Shown one piece after another: positions 1 to 11,176 of a DNA stretch of 64,000 nucleotides. Source of the DNA: Halobacteriota archaeon (GTDB taxonomy: Archaea; Halobacteriota; UBA148). Made by a program: the position numbers and the translations under genes. The notes beneath the pieces were generated by a model. It was not told the origin of the DNA. It saw nothing but the letters and a program-made list of their open reading frames with translations, and searched no databases. The stretch spans positions 2,334 through 66,333 of the forward strand of contig JBHPDI010000001.1 in NCBI GenBank assembly GCA_042577985.1. Direction: 5' to 3'. How positions within the stretch are numbered: the first letter of the stretch is position 1; each line of letters starts with the position of its first letter.

Positions 1-1612
<1,612 letters not shown>

Positions 1613-1720
1613 GAATTCAGGCGATATTTGGGTCGCAAATTTATATGTGGTCATTATATACGTGATGGTAATGGTCCTATCCTATGCAGGGGAGATATCA
1701 CAGGTATAATATCCTTTGAT

Positions 1721-1842
1721 GCCAAGGTGGCGGAATGGCTAACGCAGCCGCCTGCAGATAAAAAAGAGGATTATCGAGGAAGCAGCGTAGTTTCTTCTAG
1801 GTAGAGAGCGGCTTTTTGCCGGTTCAATTCCGGTCCTTGGCT
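1721..1842 (+). tRNA. tRNA-Cys (anticodon GCA) with a 49-nt intron (1758..1806) at the canonical 37/38 position
   Basis: Hand-folded cloverleaf. Acceptor gccaagg/ccttggc. D-arm gcgg-aatggctaa. Anticodon stem gccgc, loop ctGCAg, then intron, then a-gcggc completing the stem. Variable loop ttttt. T-arm gccgg-ttcaatt-ccggt. Discriminator t. Position between 23S and 5S matches the 16S-tRNAAla-23S-tRNACys-5S operon order reported for Methanosarcinales. Confidence 0.7.
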
Positions 1843-1889
1843 TCTGAAATTCTTGAAAATAAGTGGATAGGATTGAAGCATTTATAGAT

Positions 1890-2018
1890 TGGGCATAGCG
1901 GTCATGGTGGCGGGGAAACTCCTGGTTCCATCTCGAACCCAGAAGATAAGACTGTCTACGTTCTATGCTGTACTGCGGTGCGCGAGCCCGTGGGAACCAT
2001 AGATCGCTGCTATGCCCA
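1890..2018 (+). rRNA. rrf: 5S rRNA
   Basis: Helix I is formed by 5' gggcatagcgg and 3' ctgctatgccc. The internal segment ccatctcgaacccagaag is a conserved 5S loop C/helix III motif. Length is ~129 nt. Confidence 0.8.
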
Positions 2019-2021
2019 CTT

Positions 2022-2040
2022 ATGTTTTTTCGTTTTATTA
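2022..2040 (+). terminator. Oligo-T tract downstream of 5S (tgttttttcgttttatt), archaeal-type terminator candidate
   Basis: T-rich run immediately after the 3' end of the rRNA operon. Confidence 0.3.
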
Positions 2041-2174
2041 TAGCATCATGCAAATCGTTTATAATATACAATATTGATCAAATCTTGGGCTTTGTTAGGG
2101 AAGATAATTCGATAAATATTCTCAAAATTTTTAATATTTATTCTAAAATACTTATTTTCTTATTTTTTTTAAAG

Positions 2175-2445
2175 TGAGTGAGGATGGTAAGCCTCCTTTT
2201 GTTTCAGCGGCATTCGTCTGAGCGCCATATTTGGGCATCGGCTGGACTCTTTATTTGCCCATCTTTGACTTGCACCTACGAGGTTTCGTCGTTCCACCCA
2301 CAACATACACGGCCTCTTTCTTTCGAAGTCATAGCATTAGTGTAGTGTGGTATCGTTTCTGTGCCAGAGCCAAGACTCTCGCCTTGTGCGCTTACACGCA
2401 CTCGTATGTCCAGATGGTGGGAGGACTTTCCTCACAACCTTAGGT
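2175..2445 (-). ncRNA. rnpB: Candidate RNase P RNA (reduced archaeal form)
   Basis: On the minus strand: gtgAGGAAAGUCCUCC (universal P4 5' strand GGAAAGUCC). About 230 nt downstream is GGAGGCUUAcc, whose CCUCC/GGAGG complement gives P4 pairing and the conserved GGCUUA. Also present are ggcACAGAAAcgauacc (conserved ACAGARA motif) and gggCAAAUAaagag (like GGCCAAAUAGGGG). P1-like ends pair as gugagg / ccucac. This is a GC-enriched block in an AT-rich spacer with no ORF. Confidence 0.55.
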
Positions 2446-2522
2446 TGCGGCGACCGCCCCTCCTCTCTCAATCACATATCTACACAAAAAAACATATATC
2501 TTTTGGTCCCAAATAAACAAAT

Positions 2523-3113
2523 GTGTTAACTTTAGAAGAAGGCGTAATGGCAGTAAAGCTTGCTAGGAGTGCTATCGAGAAATATATTAGAGAGGGCGAT
2601 ATAATCTCTCCAAAGAAATTGCCGAAAAAATTTGATGAGAAGAGGGGGGTTTTCGTTACCTTAAAGCAGAATGGCCTAAAGGGGTGTATAGGGCATCCAC
2701 ATCCCACTATGCTATTAGGTGAAGCCATAGTTAATTCTGCGTTAAGTTCTGCTACGAAAGATCCAAGATTTATGCCTCTTGGGGCAGAGGATCTGGAAAA
2801 AATAACAATTGAAGTTACTGTGCTAACTCCCCCGAGACATATCCATGCTAAGCCAAAGATGTTACCAAAAAAAATAGAGATTGGAAAACATGGATTGATT
2901 ATAGCTAGGGGGCAAAATCAAGGGCTTCTGTTACCACAGGTTGCCGTTGAGCACCAATTTGACGAGGAAGAATTCCTCTCTCAGACATGTATAAAAGCAG
3001 GATTGCATCCAGACTCATGGTTGGAAGAGGATACGCAAATACATATTTTCGAGGGGCAAATATTCGTGGAGACCTCTCCAGCGGGAGACGTAGAGGAGAG
3101 GAAAATTATCTAG
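2523..3113 (+). CDS. AMMECR1 domain protein
   Basis: 196 aa. The conserved block GCIGHP...LLPQVAVEH is typical of the AMMECR1 family, which is widespread in archaea. Confidence 0.7.
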   Translation: MLTLEEGVMAVKLARSAIEKYIREGDIISPKKLPKKFDEKRGVFVTLKQNGLKGCIGHPHPTMLLGEAIVNSALSSATKDPRFMPLGAEDLEKITIEVTVLTPPRHIHAKPKMLPKKIEIGKHGLIIARGQNQGLLLPQVAVEHQFDEEEFLSQTCIKAGLHPDSWLEEDTQIHIFEGQIFVETSPAGDVEERKII

Positions 3114-3810
3114 ATATCATCGTTCTAAGACGATCGACTGCCCTAGCGGCACTGTTTGATACGCCTCCAAGTACATCCGAGATTTTGGCCAGATGGAAAA
3201 CACCCACAGCTCCTATTTCATCCTCGGCGAGAAAGATTTTTTTGGTTAACAAGATCTCGATTTTGTCAATTTCGTGCTCCAATTCCTCCACCAGTGGTAT
3301 CAATTCTAGCGCCCCTAAGATCTCATTTTTTCTAAAATATGTTGTCCCTAATCTCTCAATTCTCTCAACTGCTTTTAGATATGCATCAATCGTCTTCGTC
3401 GTCATCTTTGCCATTTCCAGTAGTCCGCTCTTGATTTCCTTTGTTAGAACGTATGATCTAAGTGTCATCAGCTTGGCTACGTCCTCAGCAAAGTCTGATA
3501 TTCCATCCTGTGTTTTTAAGAATTCCAGCAAATCTTGTCGATTAACCGGCAAAAGTATAGAATATGGTAATCTTTTTCTAGTTGTCTGTTTGATCTTGTC
3601 GGCTTCATGCTCTAGGGCAGAGATTTCCTCACTGAGTTTCTGCACCCTTGCTACATCACCATCGCAATATGCTTGAACGATCTCCTCTAGTTTGTATGCT
3701 GCTTCGCATGACTTCTCCGCATGAGAGTACAACGGCTTGAAGGGCGATTTTGCAAAAATGCCTGCAATCGAACGAATATATCTCATATTTATTTCCACTC
3801 CCCTATGCAA
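3106..3810 (-). CDS. DUF47 / PhoU-like phosphate-transport regulator (TIGR00153-type)
   Basis: 234 aa helical protein with the DUF47 pattern. It lies immediately upstream (same strand) of a PiT transporter, which is the usual genomic partnering for this family. Confidence 0.6.
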   Translation of the reverse strand: MHRGVEINMRYIRSIAGIFAKSPFKPLYSHAEKSCEAAYKLEEIVQAYCDGDVARVQKLSEEISALEHEADKIKQTTRKRLPYSILLPVNRQDLLEFLKTQDGISDFAEDVAKLMTLRSYVLTKEIKSGLLEMAKMTTKTIDAYLKAVERIERLGTTYFRKNEILGALELIPLVEELEHEIDKIEILLTKKIFLAEDEIGAVGVFHLAKISDVLGGVSNSAARAVDRLRTMISR

Positions 3811-3868
3811 CTATAATCCAAACGATTAATCATTAACATCTTTCTGATATTTAAACCAACTGCACATC

Positions 3869-4876
3869 TCATATCATCATCAACCCCCAATAGGTCGTAG
3901 CTGCAACGACCATTACAATTGGAACGGTTAAAATCCAAGAGAAAATTATTTTTCTTATAATACTTAGGTCCACCGCCTCTAACCCGCCAGCGAGTCCGAC
4001 ACCCACTACGCTTCCAACCAGGGTGTGTGTGGTTGATACGGGCATTCCAAATGAGGAGCAGACCAATACGGTGGCAGCCGCTCCAAATTGCGCTGCAAAG
4101 GCACTGGCAGGAGTTAAATCTGTGATTTTTTTGCCTATGGTCTCGATTATTCTGTACCCCCAAGTAATCATGCCCAATATTATACCAAAACCTCCAAAAA
4201 CTAAGACCCAAAGGGGTAGCTCCACTCCCACTGTACCTAAGGCTGCAGATAATGGACCTATTGCATTGGCTACATCATTGGAGCCGAGTGCAAATATCAC
4301 CCAACATGAGGCAACAACCACAAGGAATCTAAGGGGTCTATCGGCCCGAAGTGGTTCATCCATCCGTTCAAGTAAACGCCGAATCATCATGAATAACAGA
4401 AATGCTACCGTTCCACCTGCAACGGGAGAAATGATCCAACTAGCCACAATTTTGAGTAGAACGACCCAAGCGATATCAACCATTTCAATTGTGCCTTGAC
4501 CGACTGCAACAAGTCCGAAGCCTAGCATTGAGCCGACTATGGAATGAGATGTGGACACCGGAAGATGAAGATATGTGGCAAAGGTAATCCAAAACCCAGC
4601 CGCCAAAGTAGCAGCAAATGCCCCCAACATGACAGAATGCGCATCGATCAATGAGATCGGAACGATGCCCTTTGCCACCGTTTCCGTTACCCGAGACCCA
4701 AATAGCACAGCACCTGAAAAACACACCGCCCCACCAAGCACCATGGCTTGTTTGAGGCTTAATGTACCGATGCCAACCGTAGTTCCCATCGCATTTGCTA
4801 GATCGTTTGCCCCTATGTTCCATGCCATGTATAGTCCAGCGGCGAATATCGCGATGAGGAAAGGGTCGAATGACAT
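3869..4876 (-). CDS. pit: Inorganic phosphate transporter, PiT (PHO4) family
   Basis: 335 aa polytopic membrane protein. The N-terminal GANDxANA and the repeated C-terminal GSNDVANAIGP signature are hallmarks of PiT. Confidence 0.85.
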   Translation of the reverse strand: MSFDPFLIAIFAAGLYMAWNIGANDLANAMGTTVGIGTLSLKQAMVLGGAVCFSGAVLFGSRVTETVAKGIVPISLIDAHSVMLGAFAATLAAGFWITFATYLHLPVSTSHSIVGSMLGFGLVAVGQGTIEMVDIAWVVLLKIVASWIISPVAGGTVAFLLFMMIRRLLERMDEPLRADRPLRFLVVVASCWVIFALGSNDVANAIGPLSAALGTVGVELPLWVLVFGGFGIILGMITWGYRIIETIGKKITDLTPASAFAAQFGAAATVLVCSSFGMPVSTTHTLVGSVVGVGLAGGLEAVDLSIIRKIIFSWILTVPIVMVVAATTYWGLMMI

Positions 4877-5000
4877 TAGTTCACCTATCTAATAATGGGA
4901 AGATATTTAATATGCATGATGTTGGTGTTATTTTAGGTCTGGAAAAAATTGAGTTTAATTTCATTTTCTATGCAACTTTTCTAAAAATATACTCGAGACA

Positions 5001-5010
5001 CTTATATATA
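5001..5010 (+). promoter_or_regulatory. TATA-box-like element (cttatatata) ~55 nt upstream of the PhoU-like gene start
   Basis: Archaeal TATA-like octamer in an AT-rich spacer. Position only, no BRE verified. Confidence 0.25.
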
Positions 5011-5064
5011 ATTTATCCCAATAGCTATATATTCATTCAATAATCTATATATGGGACGAGTAAA

Positions 5065-6084
5065 ATGAAAGAGGAGAAACGAAAGGTCCAGATGACTGGG
5101 GGATCAACGTTAATAATATCTTTACCCATCAGTTGGACAAGAGAGGCAGGCATAAACCAGGGAGATGAAGTGACGCTACGTTTGCAAGAGGATAAATCAA
5201 TCCTACTCACAGCAAAGCCAAAGAAGAAGCTAGGAATATCCAGAGCAATTATAAAACTATTTCCAGACGAAAAGCCAGAAGACATCCTCAGATTATTAAT
5301 AGCACACTATCTAGTCGGCTATGACATAATCAAACTAGTCTCCCAAGAGGGTTTCAATACAAAGGATAGGAAATGGATTAAGGATACAGTTAGGCAAATG
5401 CTAATAGGACTTGAAGTGGTCGAGGAGTCTGGTGAAGAATTGACTCTTCAGAGCCTTCTAAACTACGAAGAGTTACCTCTCGAAAAAGCAATTCAGAGAA
5501 TGTCCAGGATCATCAAATCTATTCAAAAGGATTCTATCAAGGCTTTGCAAGGGGACATAGCGCTTGCCAGAGATGTCATCCAGCGAGATAGTGAGGTGGA
5601 TAGATTCTATTTATTGATTGTGAGACAGCTCAAAGCGGCGCTCAGAGATCCAGAGCTAGCCAATAAAATAGGCATTAAGCGTCAAAGAGATTGCATGGGA
5701 TACAGACTCATTATAAAAAGTATGGAAAGGATAGCAGATCATGCCGAAAAAATTGCAAGGGATACGATACAAATAGAAAGTCTTAATTCGAAGTTATATG
5801 GAGAAATATGTGAGGTAAGTGAACTTTCCCAGAAGGTCTTTGATCTTTCTTTGGAAAGTCTCTCAAATAGGGATATAAAAGCCGCGAACAGAGCAATAGC
5901 CGAAGCCCAAGAATCCTCGAATCTAGCGACTATAATAAGTAATAGGATTTTTAAAACTTCACTCAGTACGAAAGAGCAAACATACCTGCGATCTATTCTA
6001 GAAAGCCTAAGAAGAATAGCAGAGTATGGGGCAGACATAGCAGAGGTAGTGATTAATATGGGCGTCAAAGAACCAGAGGTTTGA
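5065..6084 (+). CDS. PhoU-domain phosphate uptake regulator with N-terminal AbrB/SpoVT-like swapped-hairpin domain
   Basis: 339 aa. The N-terminus TGGSTLIISLPISWTREAGINQGDEVTLRLQEDKSILL has the AbrB/SpoVT pattern, followed by two helical PhoU-like repeats. It is divergent from the DUF47-PiT pair. Confidence 0.65.
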   Translation: MKEEKRKVQMTGGSTLIISLPISWTREAGINQGDEVTLRLQEDKSILLTAKPKKKLGISRAIIKLFPDEKPEDILRLLIAHYLVGYDIIKLVSQEGFNTKDRKWIKDTVRQMLIGLEVVEESGEELTLQSLLNYEELPLEKAIQRMSRIIKSIQKDSIKALQGDIALARDVIQRDSEVDRFYLLIVRQLKAALRDPELANKIGIKRQRDCMGYRLIIKSMERIADHAEKIARDTIQIESLNSKLYGEICEVSELSQKVFDLSLESLSNRDIKAANRAIAEAQESSNLATIISNRIFKTSLSTKEQTYLRSILESLRRIAEYGADIAEVVINMGVKEPEV

Positions 6085-6103
6085 AATAACACCAAAGGCG
6101 AAT

Positions 6104-7417
6104 ATGATGTTCGATTTAGTTATCAAAAATGCCAGATTGGCGTTAGCGAGGGATATCATAGAGGCAGATATAGCAATAGGGAACGGAAAGATCCTAAGAA
6201 TTGCGAAAGATATCATGGCGGAGCGAGTTATCGACGCTCATGGCTTACTTGTGCTTCCAGGCATGGTGGATGTTCATGTACATTTTCGAGATCCTGGATT
6301 GACGCATAAAGAGGATTGGTATAGTGGCTCATCTGCAGCAGTAGCAGGTGGAGTGACCTGTGTAGTAGATCATCCGAACACTATCCCACCCACTACTTCT
6401 GTAGAATCATTCAAAGTCAAACTGAGGGAGGCAGAGAAGAAATCAATAGTCGATTTTGGTATCAATGCGGGCGTCGTTCGAGCAGCAGAATTGAAGGGAT
6501 TATGGGAGTCTGGTGTAACTGCATTCGGTGAGATATTCCTGGCAGAGTATATGGGCATGCTGAGCGTTGATGATGATATCCTATTGAAATCCCTTCATGT
6601 TATCGCTGACCTGGGGGGTATTGCATGCATTCACGCAGAAGACGAGCAAATCATAAGGGAAAGCATCGAGAAGTTGGAGAATAAGACTAATCCTAGTGCT
6701 CATTCATTATCCAGACCAAATTTTTCCGAAGTCGCTGCTATGGCAAAAGCGATAGGATTGGCGCAAGATACCTGTGCAAATCTTCACATATGTCATCTTA
6801 GCACAAAAGAGGGCTTGGGCTTAATTGGGGCAGGGGTCACATCTGAGGTCACGCCCCACCACCTATTCCTATCGCAAAATGACTGGGATCGACTTGGCAC
6901 CTTTGGCAAGACGAACCCTCCGCTGAGAAGTGAATTAGATCGTGATAATCTTTGGGCAGGTTTATATAGAATCGACATTATCGCCTCTGATCACGCTCCC
7001 CATACCATAGAAGAAAAAAAGCAAGATATTTGGAGCGCCCCTGCGGGTGTGCCAGGCGTCGAGACTTCATTACCTTTGATGTTATCTGCTGTGAAGAAGG
7101 GCATCATATCGCTTCAACGTGTAGTAGAGCTCATGTCTACCAATCCAGCTAGAATATTCTGCTTAAGGGAAAAAGGCGAGATCGCTGTCGGAAAAGACGC
7201 CGATCTCGTTTTTGTCGATCTAAATGACGTTAAGCCTATAAGGGACAGGAACCTGCACAGCAAGGCTGGTTGGACTCCTTTTGAGGGAATGGATGCAGTA
7301 TTTCCTAAAATGACATTTGTGCGTGGAGAGATAATGTACGATGGTGAAATAGTTGGCGAGAAGGGTCATGGACATTTCGTTCCGGGCAGAGGTGCCGACA
7401 AAACTATATATGTATGA
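6104..7417 (+). CDS. pyrC: Dihydroorotase-like cyclic amidohydrolase (dihydroorotase/allantoinase/hydantoinase superfamily)
   Basis: 437 aa. Metal-binding motifs PGMVDVHVHFRDPG and DHAPH, plus Gly-rich segments, are typical of multifunctional dihydroorotase. Confidence 0.7.
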   Translation: MMFDLVIKNARLALARDIIEADIAIGNGKILRIAKDIMAERVIDAHGLLVLPGMVDVHVHFRDPGLTHKEDWYSGSSAAVAGGVTCVVDHPNTIPPTTSVESFKVKLREAEKKSIVDFGINAGVVRAAELKGLWESGVTAFGEIFLAEYMGMLSVDDDILLKSLHVIADLGGIACIHAEDEQIIRESIEKLENKTNPSAHSLSRPNFSEVAAMAKAIGLAQDTCANLHICHLSTKEGLGLIGAGVTSEVTPHHLFLSQNDWDRLGTFGKTNPPLRSELDRDNLWAGLYRIDIIASDHAPHTIEEKKQDIWSAPAGVPGVETSLPLMLSAVKKGIISLQRVVELMSTNPARIFCLREKGEIAVGKDADLVFVDLNDVKPIRDRNLHSKAGWTPFEGMDAVFPKMTFVRGEIMYDGEIVGEKGHGHFVPGRGADKTIYV

Positions 7418-7440
7418 TTGCAAATGTTTTATTGCCCTTT

Positions 7441-7655
7441 GATGGATCAGTGTTAGGGTTCTTTTGGAACCGTGATCGCTGGTAAAGATGGGGGCAACAT
7501 CCGCGTTGTATAGGTCCTTGCGGGAGTTATTGCTTCGTGCTATCTATGACCGTAAGACAACCCCAATGCGGTACAGCTCCCCTGGCACGAGGGTAACTGA
7601 GAGTGACTGCGGAATCTTCCAGAGGATGATCTCTCGGAGTTAGTGCGTCAGGGGA
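7441..7655 (+). ncRNA. Unassigned GC-rich structured RNA candidate (possibly SRP RNA fragment-like or other sRNA)
   Basis: ~215-nt GC-rich block between two AT-rich genes with no ORF. It has multiple complementary segments: ggttc-tttt-ggaacc; gcgggag...ctcccc; gagag...ctctc. An oligo-T run follows (ccttttaagcgttaacttttatttttg). It lacks the SRP helix-8 GGAAGG..AGCAGC motif, so its identity is open. Confidence 0.35.
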
Positions 7656-7695
7656 CATCCTTTTAAGCGTTAACTTTTATTTTTGCTCTTATCTG

Positions 7696-8115
7696 GTGTT
7701 TAATATGGAAGACATTGATAGACTGCGAAAAATCGAGCAGATAATCTGTGAGATCAAGGATTTATCTAGGGCTGGGGCGGTCATCATTGTTGAAGGGAAA
7801 AAGGATCGAGATGCCTTGAACGAACTGGGCATTTCAGATCAAATTTTGCTTGCTTCTTCTCCACCATTGTTGAATTTTGCTGAGGACATCTCACGAAAAA
7901 CAAATCAGGTGATCATCCTAACTGATTGGGACTCACAGGGGGAAAAAATGGCAAAAAAGATCTCAGCATATCTACAAGCATCTGGCTCGAAGCCCAACAA
8001 TTTGATAAGAAAAAAAATCAAAAAACTTGTACGAAAGGAGAGCAAGGACGTAGAAGGTCTGAGTGGTTATGTTAATAACCTCAGAAGAGAAGTGTATACT
8101 CGACATTACCCATAA
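7696..8115 (+). CDS. Small Toprim-domain protein
   Basis: 139 aa. IIVEGKKDRDAL...ILTDWDSQGEKM matches the Toprim E...DxD pattern. It lies directly upstream of DnaG. Confidence 0.55.
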   Translation: MFNMEDIDRLRKIEQIICEIKDLSRAGAVIIVEGKKDRDALNELGISDQILLASSPPLLNFAEDISRKTNQVIILTDWDSQGEKMAKKISAYLQASGSKPNNLIRKKIKKLVRKESKDVEGLSGYVNNLRREVYTRHYP

Positions 8116-8323
8116 CTTTATTAAACCCTAAAATATAACTGATATTGTGATCTGAAGAGATCATCAATCTCATAGATAAAATAGCTAAACAGGTAATCTT
8201 AACTTCATTCATGATTAATTCATTAGTAATCTGAAGAGTTGTAGGGCACAAAGGGTCAAGTAACGTAGTGGTTAAAATTCCCCTTGATTACAATAGCTAT
8301 TTTTTTCTTTAGGGGGGTTTTAA

Positions 8324-9586
8324 ATGCAAAATTCTGATACAACAAAATATATAATCCGTGTTCGTATAAACGCCGAAGGCGTTGTAGAGAAACCAGACGT
8401 AGTGGGAGCCGTATTTGGGCAAACAGAAGGATTGCTCGGCGAGGACCTGGATCTAAGGAATCTTCAGAAGACGGGAAGGATAGGTAGAATAGAGGTCAAC
8501 ATAGATTCTAAGGCAGGTAAATCAAGTGGAAACATTTTGATTCCGTCCTCCCTAGATAAAGTTGAAACAGCGATATTGGCGGCTGCCATAGAAACTATAG
8601 ATAGGGTGGGACCTTGCATTGCTGAGATTAGTGTAGAAAAAATTGAAGATATCAGGGCAACGAAAAGAAAACAGATCATAAATAGGGCAAAACACGTTCT
8701 TTCTGAAAAATTCGATCTTGGTATCCCCGGAGGTCAAGAGATAACAGAATCTGTGAGGCAGGCGGTGCGCGTAGAAAAGATCACATCCTATGGTGAAGAG
8801 GGCTTGCCAGCAGGTCCAAACATACTTGATTCAGATGCAATACTCATCGTAGAAGGAAGAGCAGACGTCATGAATTTGCTTCGATTCGGGATCAAAAATG
8901 CGGTTGCTGTAGAAGGAACCAATGTTCCTTTGACAGTAGGGGAGCTGAGCAAAAAGAAAACCGTCACAGTCTTCTTGGATGGTGATAGGGGCGGAGATCT
9001 CATATTGAAGGAACTGCTTCAGATGGCAGACATCGATTATGTTGCAAGGGCTCCAGATGGTAAAGGCGTAGAGGAGTTAACTCAAAAGGAGATTGTCAAA
9101 GCATTAAGAAACAAGGTGCCGGTAGAACAGGCTGTAGAGGGTGGAGCTGATCGGAGAAAAAAGGTTGTAGAGGGTGGAGCTGATCGGAGAAAAAAGGTTG
9201 TAGAGGGTGGAGCTGATCGGAGAACGAAGGTTGTAGAGGGTGGAGCTGATCGGAGAACGAAGAGTGTTAAAAGGAATATCTTGAGATGGAAACCTACTAA
9301 AAAAGAAAACGAACTCAAGGCATATGCTGAGGAACTCAATGGCACTTTGAGTGCGAAATTGCTCAACTCTGGTAAAAAAGTCATAAAAGAAGTTGCTGTC
9401 AGAGATCTTGCAAATGTACTTAAAGAGAGCGCCAACGTTAAAGGTGTGGTATTTGACGGAGTTATTACACAAAGAATACTCGACATAGCTGCAGAAAAGG
9501 AGCTTGACTATTTAGTCGGTGTCAAGCTAGGTAATATTGTTAAGAGACCTATATCTGTGAAAGTTTTGACAACTAGCGATCTATGA
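8324..9586 (+). CDS. dnaG: Archaeal DnaG-type primase (Toprim), carrying a tandem-repeat insertion
   Basis: 420 aa. The N-terminus [32 protein letters not shown] is the conserved archaeal DnaG signature. Toprim motifs [10 protein letters not shown] and [10 protein letters not shown] are present. It contains the repeat [11 protein letters not shown] x ~4. Confidence 0.8.
   Translation: MQNSDTTKYIIRVRINAEGVVEKPDVVGAVFGQTEGLLGEDLDLRNLQKTGRIGRIEVNIDSKAGKSSGNILIPSSLDKVETAILAAAIETIDRVGPCIAEISVEKIEDIRATKRKQIINRAKHVLSEKFDLGIPGGQEITESVRQAVRVEKITSYGEEGLPAGPNILDSDAILIVEGRADVMNLLRFGIKNAVAVEGTNVPLTVGELSKKKTVTVFLDGDRGGDLILKELLQMADIDYVARAPDGKGVEELTQKEIVKALRNKVPVEQAVEGGADRRKKVVEGGADRRKKVVEGGADRRTKVVEGGADRRTKSVKRNILRWKPTKKENELKAYAEELNGTLSAKLLNSGKKVIKEVAVRDLANVLKESANVKGVVFDGVITQRILDIAAEKELDYLVGVKLGNIVKRPISVKVLTTSDL
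9134..9262 (+). repeat. 33-bp perfect/near-perfect tandem repeat (gtagagggtggagctgatcggagaaaaaaggtt) x 3.9, in frame inside dnaG
   Basis: Copies at 9134, 9167, 9200 and 9233 were read directly. Copies 3-4 differ by aaaaaa->acgaag. Confidence 0.9.
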
Positions 9587-10019
9587 TCTTTCTCATTATG
9601 AGTGCACTCTCTCCGTCGTAATAGTACCCGTGGAAAATATCAATCGTATTGAAGCCTAGCTTTTGATACAATTCCTGTGCGATTAGGTTACTTTTTCTTA
9701 CCTCTAGTCTCACAATTATAACTCCGTTTTTTCTGAAATTATCCAAGAGTTCTTTTATCAATGATGTGGCAACTCCCCTCATCCTATTTTTTTTATCGAC
9801 CGCAATCGAAAATATCCTTCCTTCTCCATTGGATATTAGCATTCCGACCGCGAATCCTACAATAACACCATCCATTTCCGCAACTAAAAATCCATCTGAG
9901 ATCATCTCATACAACCTCATATACAAGAATTTATCATGGTCCCTAAACGCTTCTTCTTCTATGGCGATTACTTGCTCAAAGTCCCTTGGCATAAATTTTC
10001 TTATCAAAAACATTTTCAA
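9573..10019 (-). CDS. GNAT family N-acetyltransferase (RimI-like)
   Basis: 148 aa with GNAT motifs: VGFAVG...[14 protein letters not shown]...YQKLGF. Confidence 0.7.
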   Translation of the reverse strand: MKMFLIRKFMPRDFEQVIAIEEEAFRDHDKFLYMRLYEMISDGFLVAEMDGVIVGFAVGMLISNGEGRIFSIAVDKKNRMRGVATSLIKELLDNFRKNGVIIVRLEVRKSNLIAQELYQKLGFNTIDIFHGYYYDGESALIMRKIIDR

Positions 10020-10500
10020 TCACATTTTTTTTGCAGGTGCTCCTATCCTTTCCATCCACGTCAAATATGCTCAGTGAAAAAGATATAAATCAAATCTTTT
10101 TTTGGCAATGATTCAATCTAGGTATATTTCCAATTTCATACACAGATTCTTTTTTCACACACTCTAAAGGGCTATAAACACTAAGTTTATCAATTGAAAT
10201 CATATATCTTTTTCCTCTTAACCCCAAATATTAAAACAAGAAGTTAATCTTTTGTATGCACGTCTCTTCTTAACATCTATTTTTCTTGTCGAGCGCTCCT
10301 TTTGAGGTAATCGATATAAACTCGCTAACCATATATACTACTCTTTTTTCAACATATTTATGTGCTTGAATCTCTTATGGATATAAAATTTCAGCTGTGA
10401 CATTAAATTAAATATCTCTTCCTATGCATCACAAATTGTTTTAAGTAATTTTCCATCGATATTCTCTATAGGAATCAAGTCAACTAGCACGGTAGTAATT

Positions 10501-10905
10501 ATGTTTAGGGGTTACAAAGATTTAGCAGACTACATAACATCTTCCTATAAGGGAAAAATCATAGAGGTCGGTATAGGAAAACATCCAGAGGTGGCACTTT
10601 TGCTAAAGGATCACTTGGAGATAATTGTGACTGATACCTCTTATCTTTGTATTGAAGGCATCCGTTTCATAAGAGACGACATATTCGATCCAAAAATTCA
10701 CATATATAAAGGTGCGAGCTTGATTTACTCTATTCGACCACCGGTGGAAATTCAGCATGCTATCGCATCCGTCGCAAAGCAAGTAGGAGCAGATTTAATA
10801 ATCAGACCATTCGCATCTGAAAAGACGGATCTTAATAAATATTTTGATGAGTCAAAGTTGATAAACTACGGAAGTGCAGTTTTCTATTTGTATAAAAATA
10901 AATAG
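10501..10905 (+). CDS. Conserved archaeal hypothetical protein (UPF0146-like)
   Basis: 134 aa soluble ORF flanked by long AT-rich spacers. Its resemblance to the UPF0146 family is from memory only. Confidence 0.35.
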   Translation: MFRGYKDLADYITSSYKGKIIEVGIGKHPEVALLLKDHLEIIVTDTSYLCIEGIRFIRDDIFDPKIHIYKGASLIYSIRPPVEIQHAIASVAKQVGADLIIRPFASEKTDLNKYFDESKLINYGSAVFYLYKNK

Positions 10906-11176
10906 CGATTAGTGATTCTTTCTTGTGGTTTTTCTTTCTATATTTTTATTAGATCAGAAATGTTGTATCTCTCGTTGACATCGCATTTTTTCATATGAGT
11001 ATGATATCAAAATTTTATAATACTTTTCTGTTATTCCTTCAAATCGAATTTCTGAGCTTTGCTTTAAATATCAAAATTCATCCTAATTAGTACTATCAAA
11101 CGAATATTATCTCGCTTAATAGTTGTTAAATACAATTTTATTTTTGCCCCTAGATTTTTAAAGCTTAATTATTCCC

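Noticed and set aside
1739-2443. Track ORFs 1739-2071(-), 1965-2177(+), 2231-2443(+) and 2347-2529(+)
   Set aside because: They overlap the tRNA-Cys, the 5S rRNA and the RNase P RNA candidate. They show low-complexity, stop-poor composition only.
2987-3676. 229-aa + strand ORF antisense to the DUF47 gene
   Set aside because: Shadow ORF opposite a well-supported CDS, with no motif and a Ser/Ile-rich antisense translation. The same reasoning applies to 3789-4211(-), 4023-4499(+), 4485-4823(-) and 4575-4892(+) around PiT.
7441-7655. SRP (7S) RNA identity for the GC-rich RNA candidate
   Set aside because: Length (~215 nt) is short for archaeal SRP RNA and I could not find the helix-8 GGAAGG...AGCAGC tetraloop and symmetric-loop signatures. 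It is kept only as an unassigned structured RNA.
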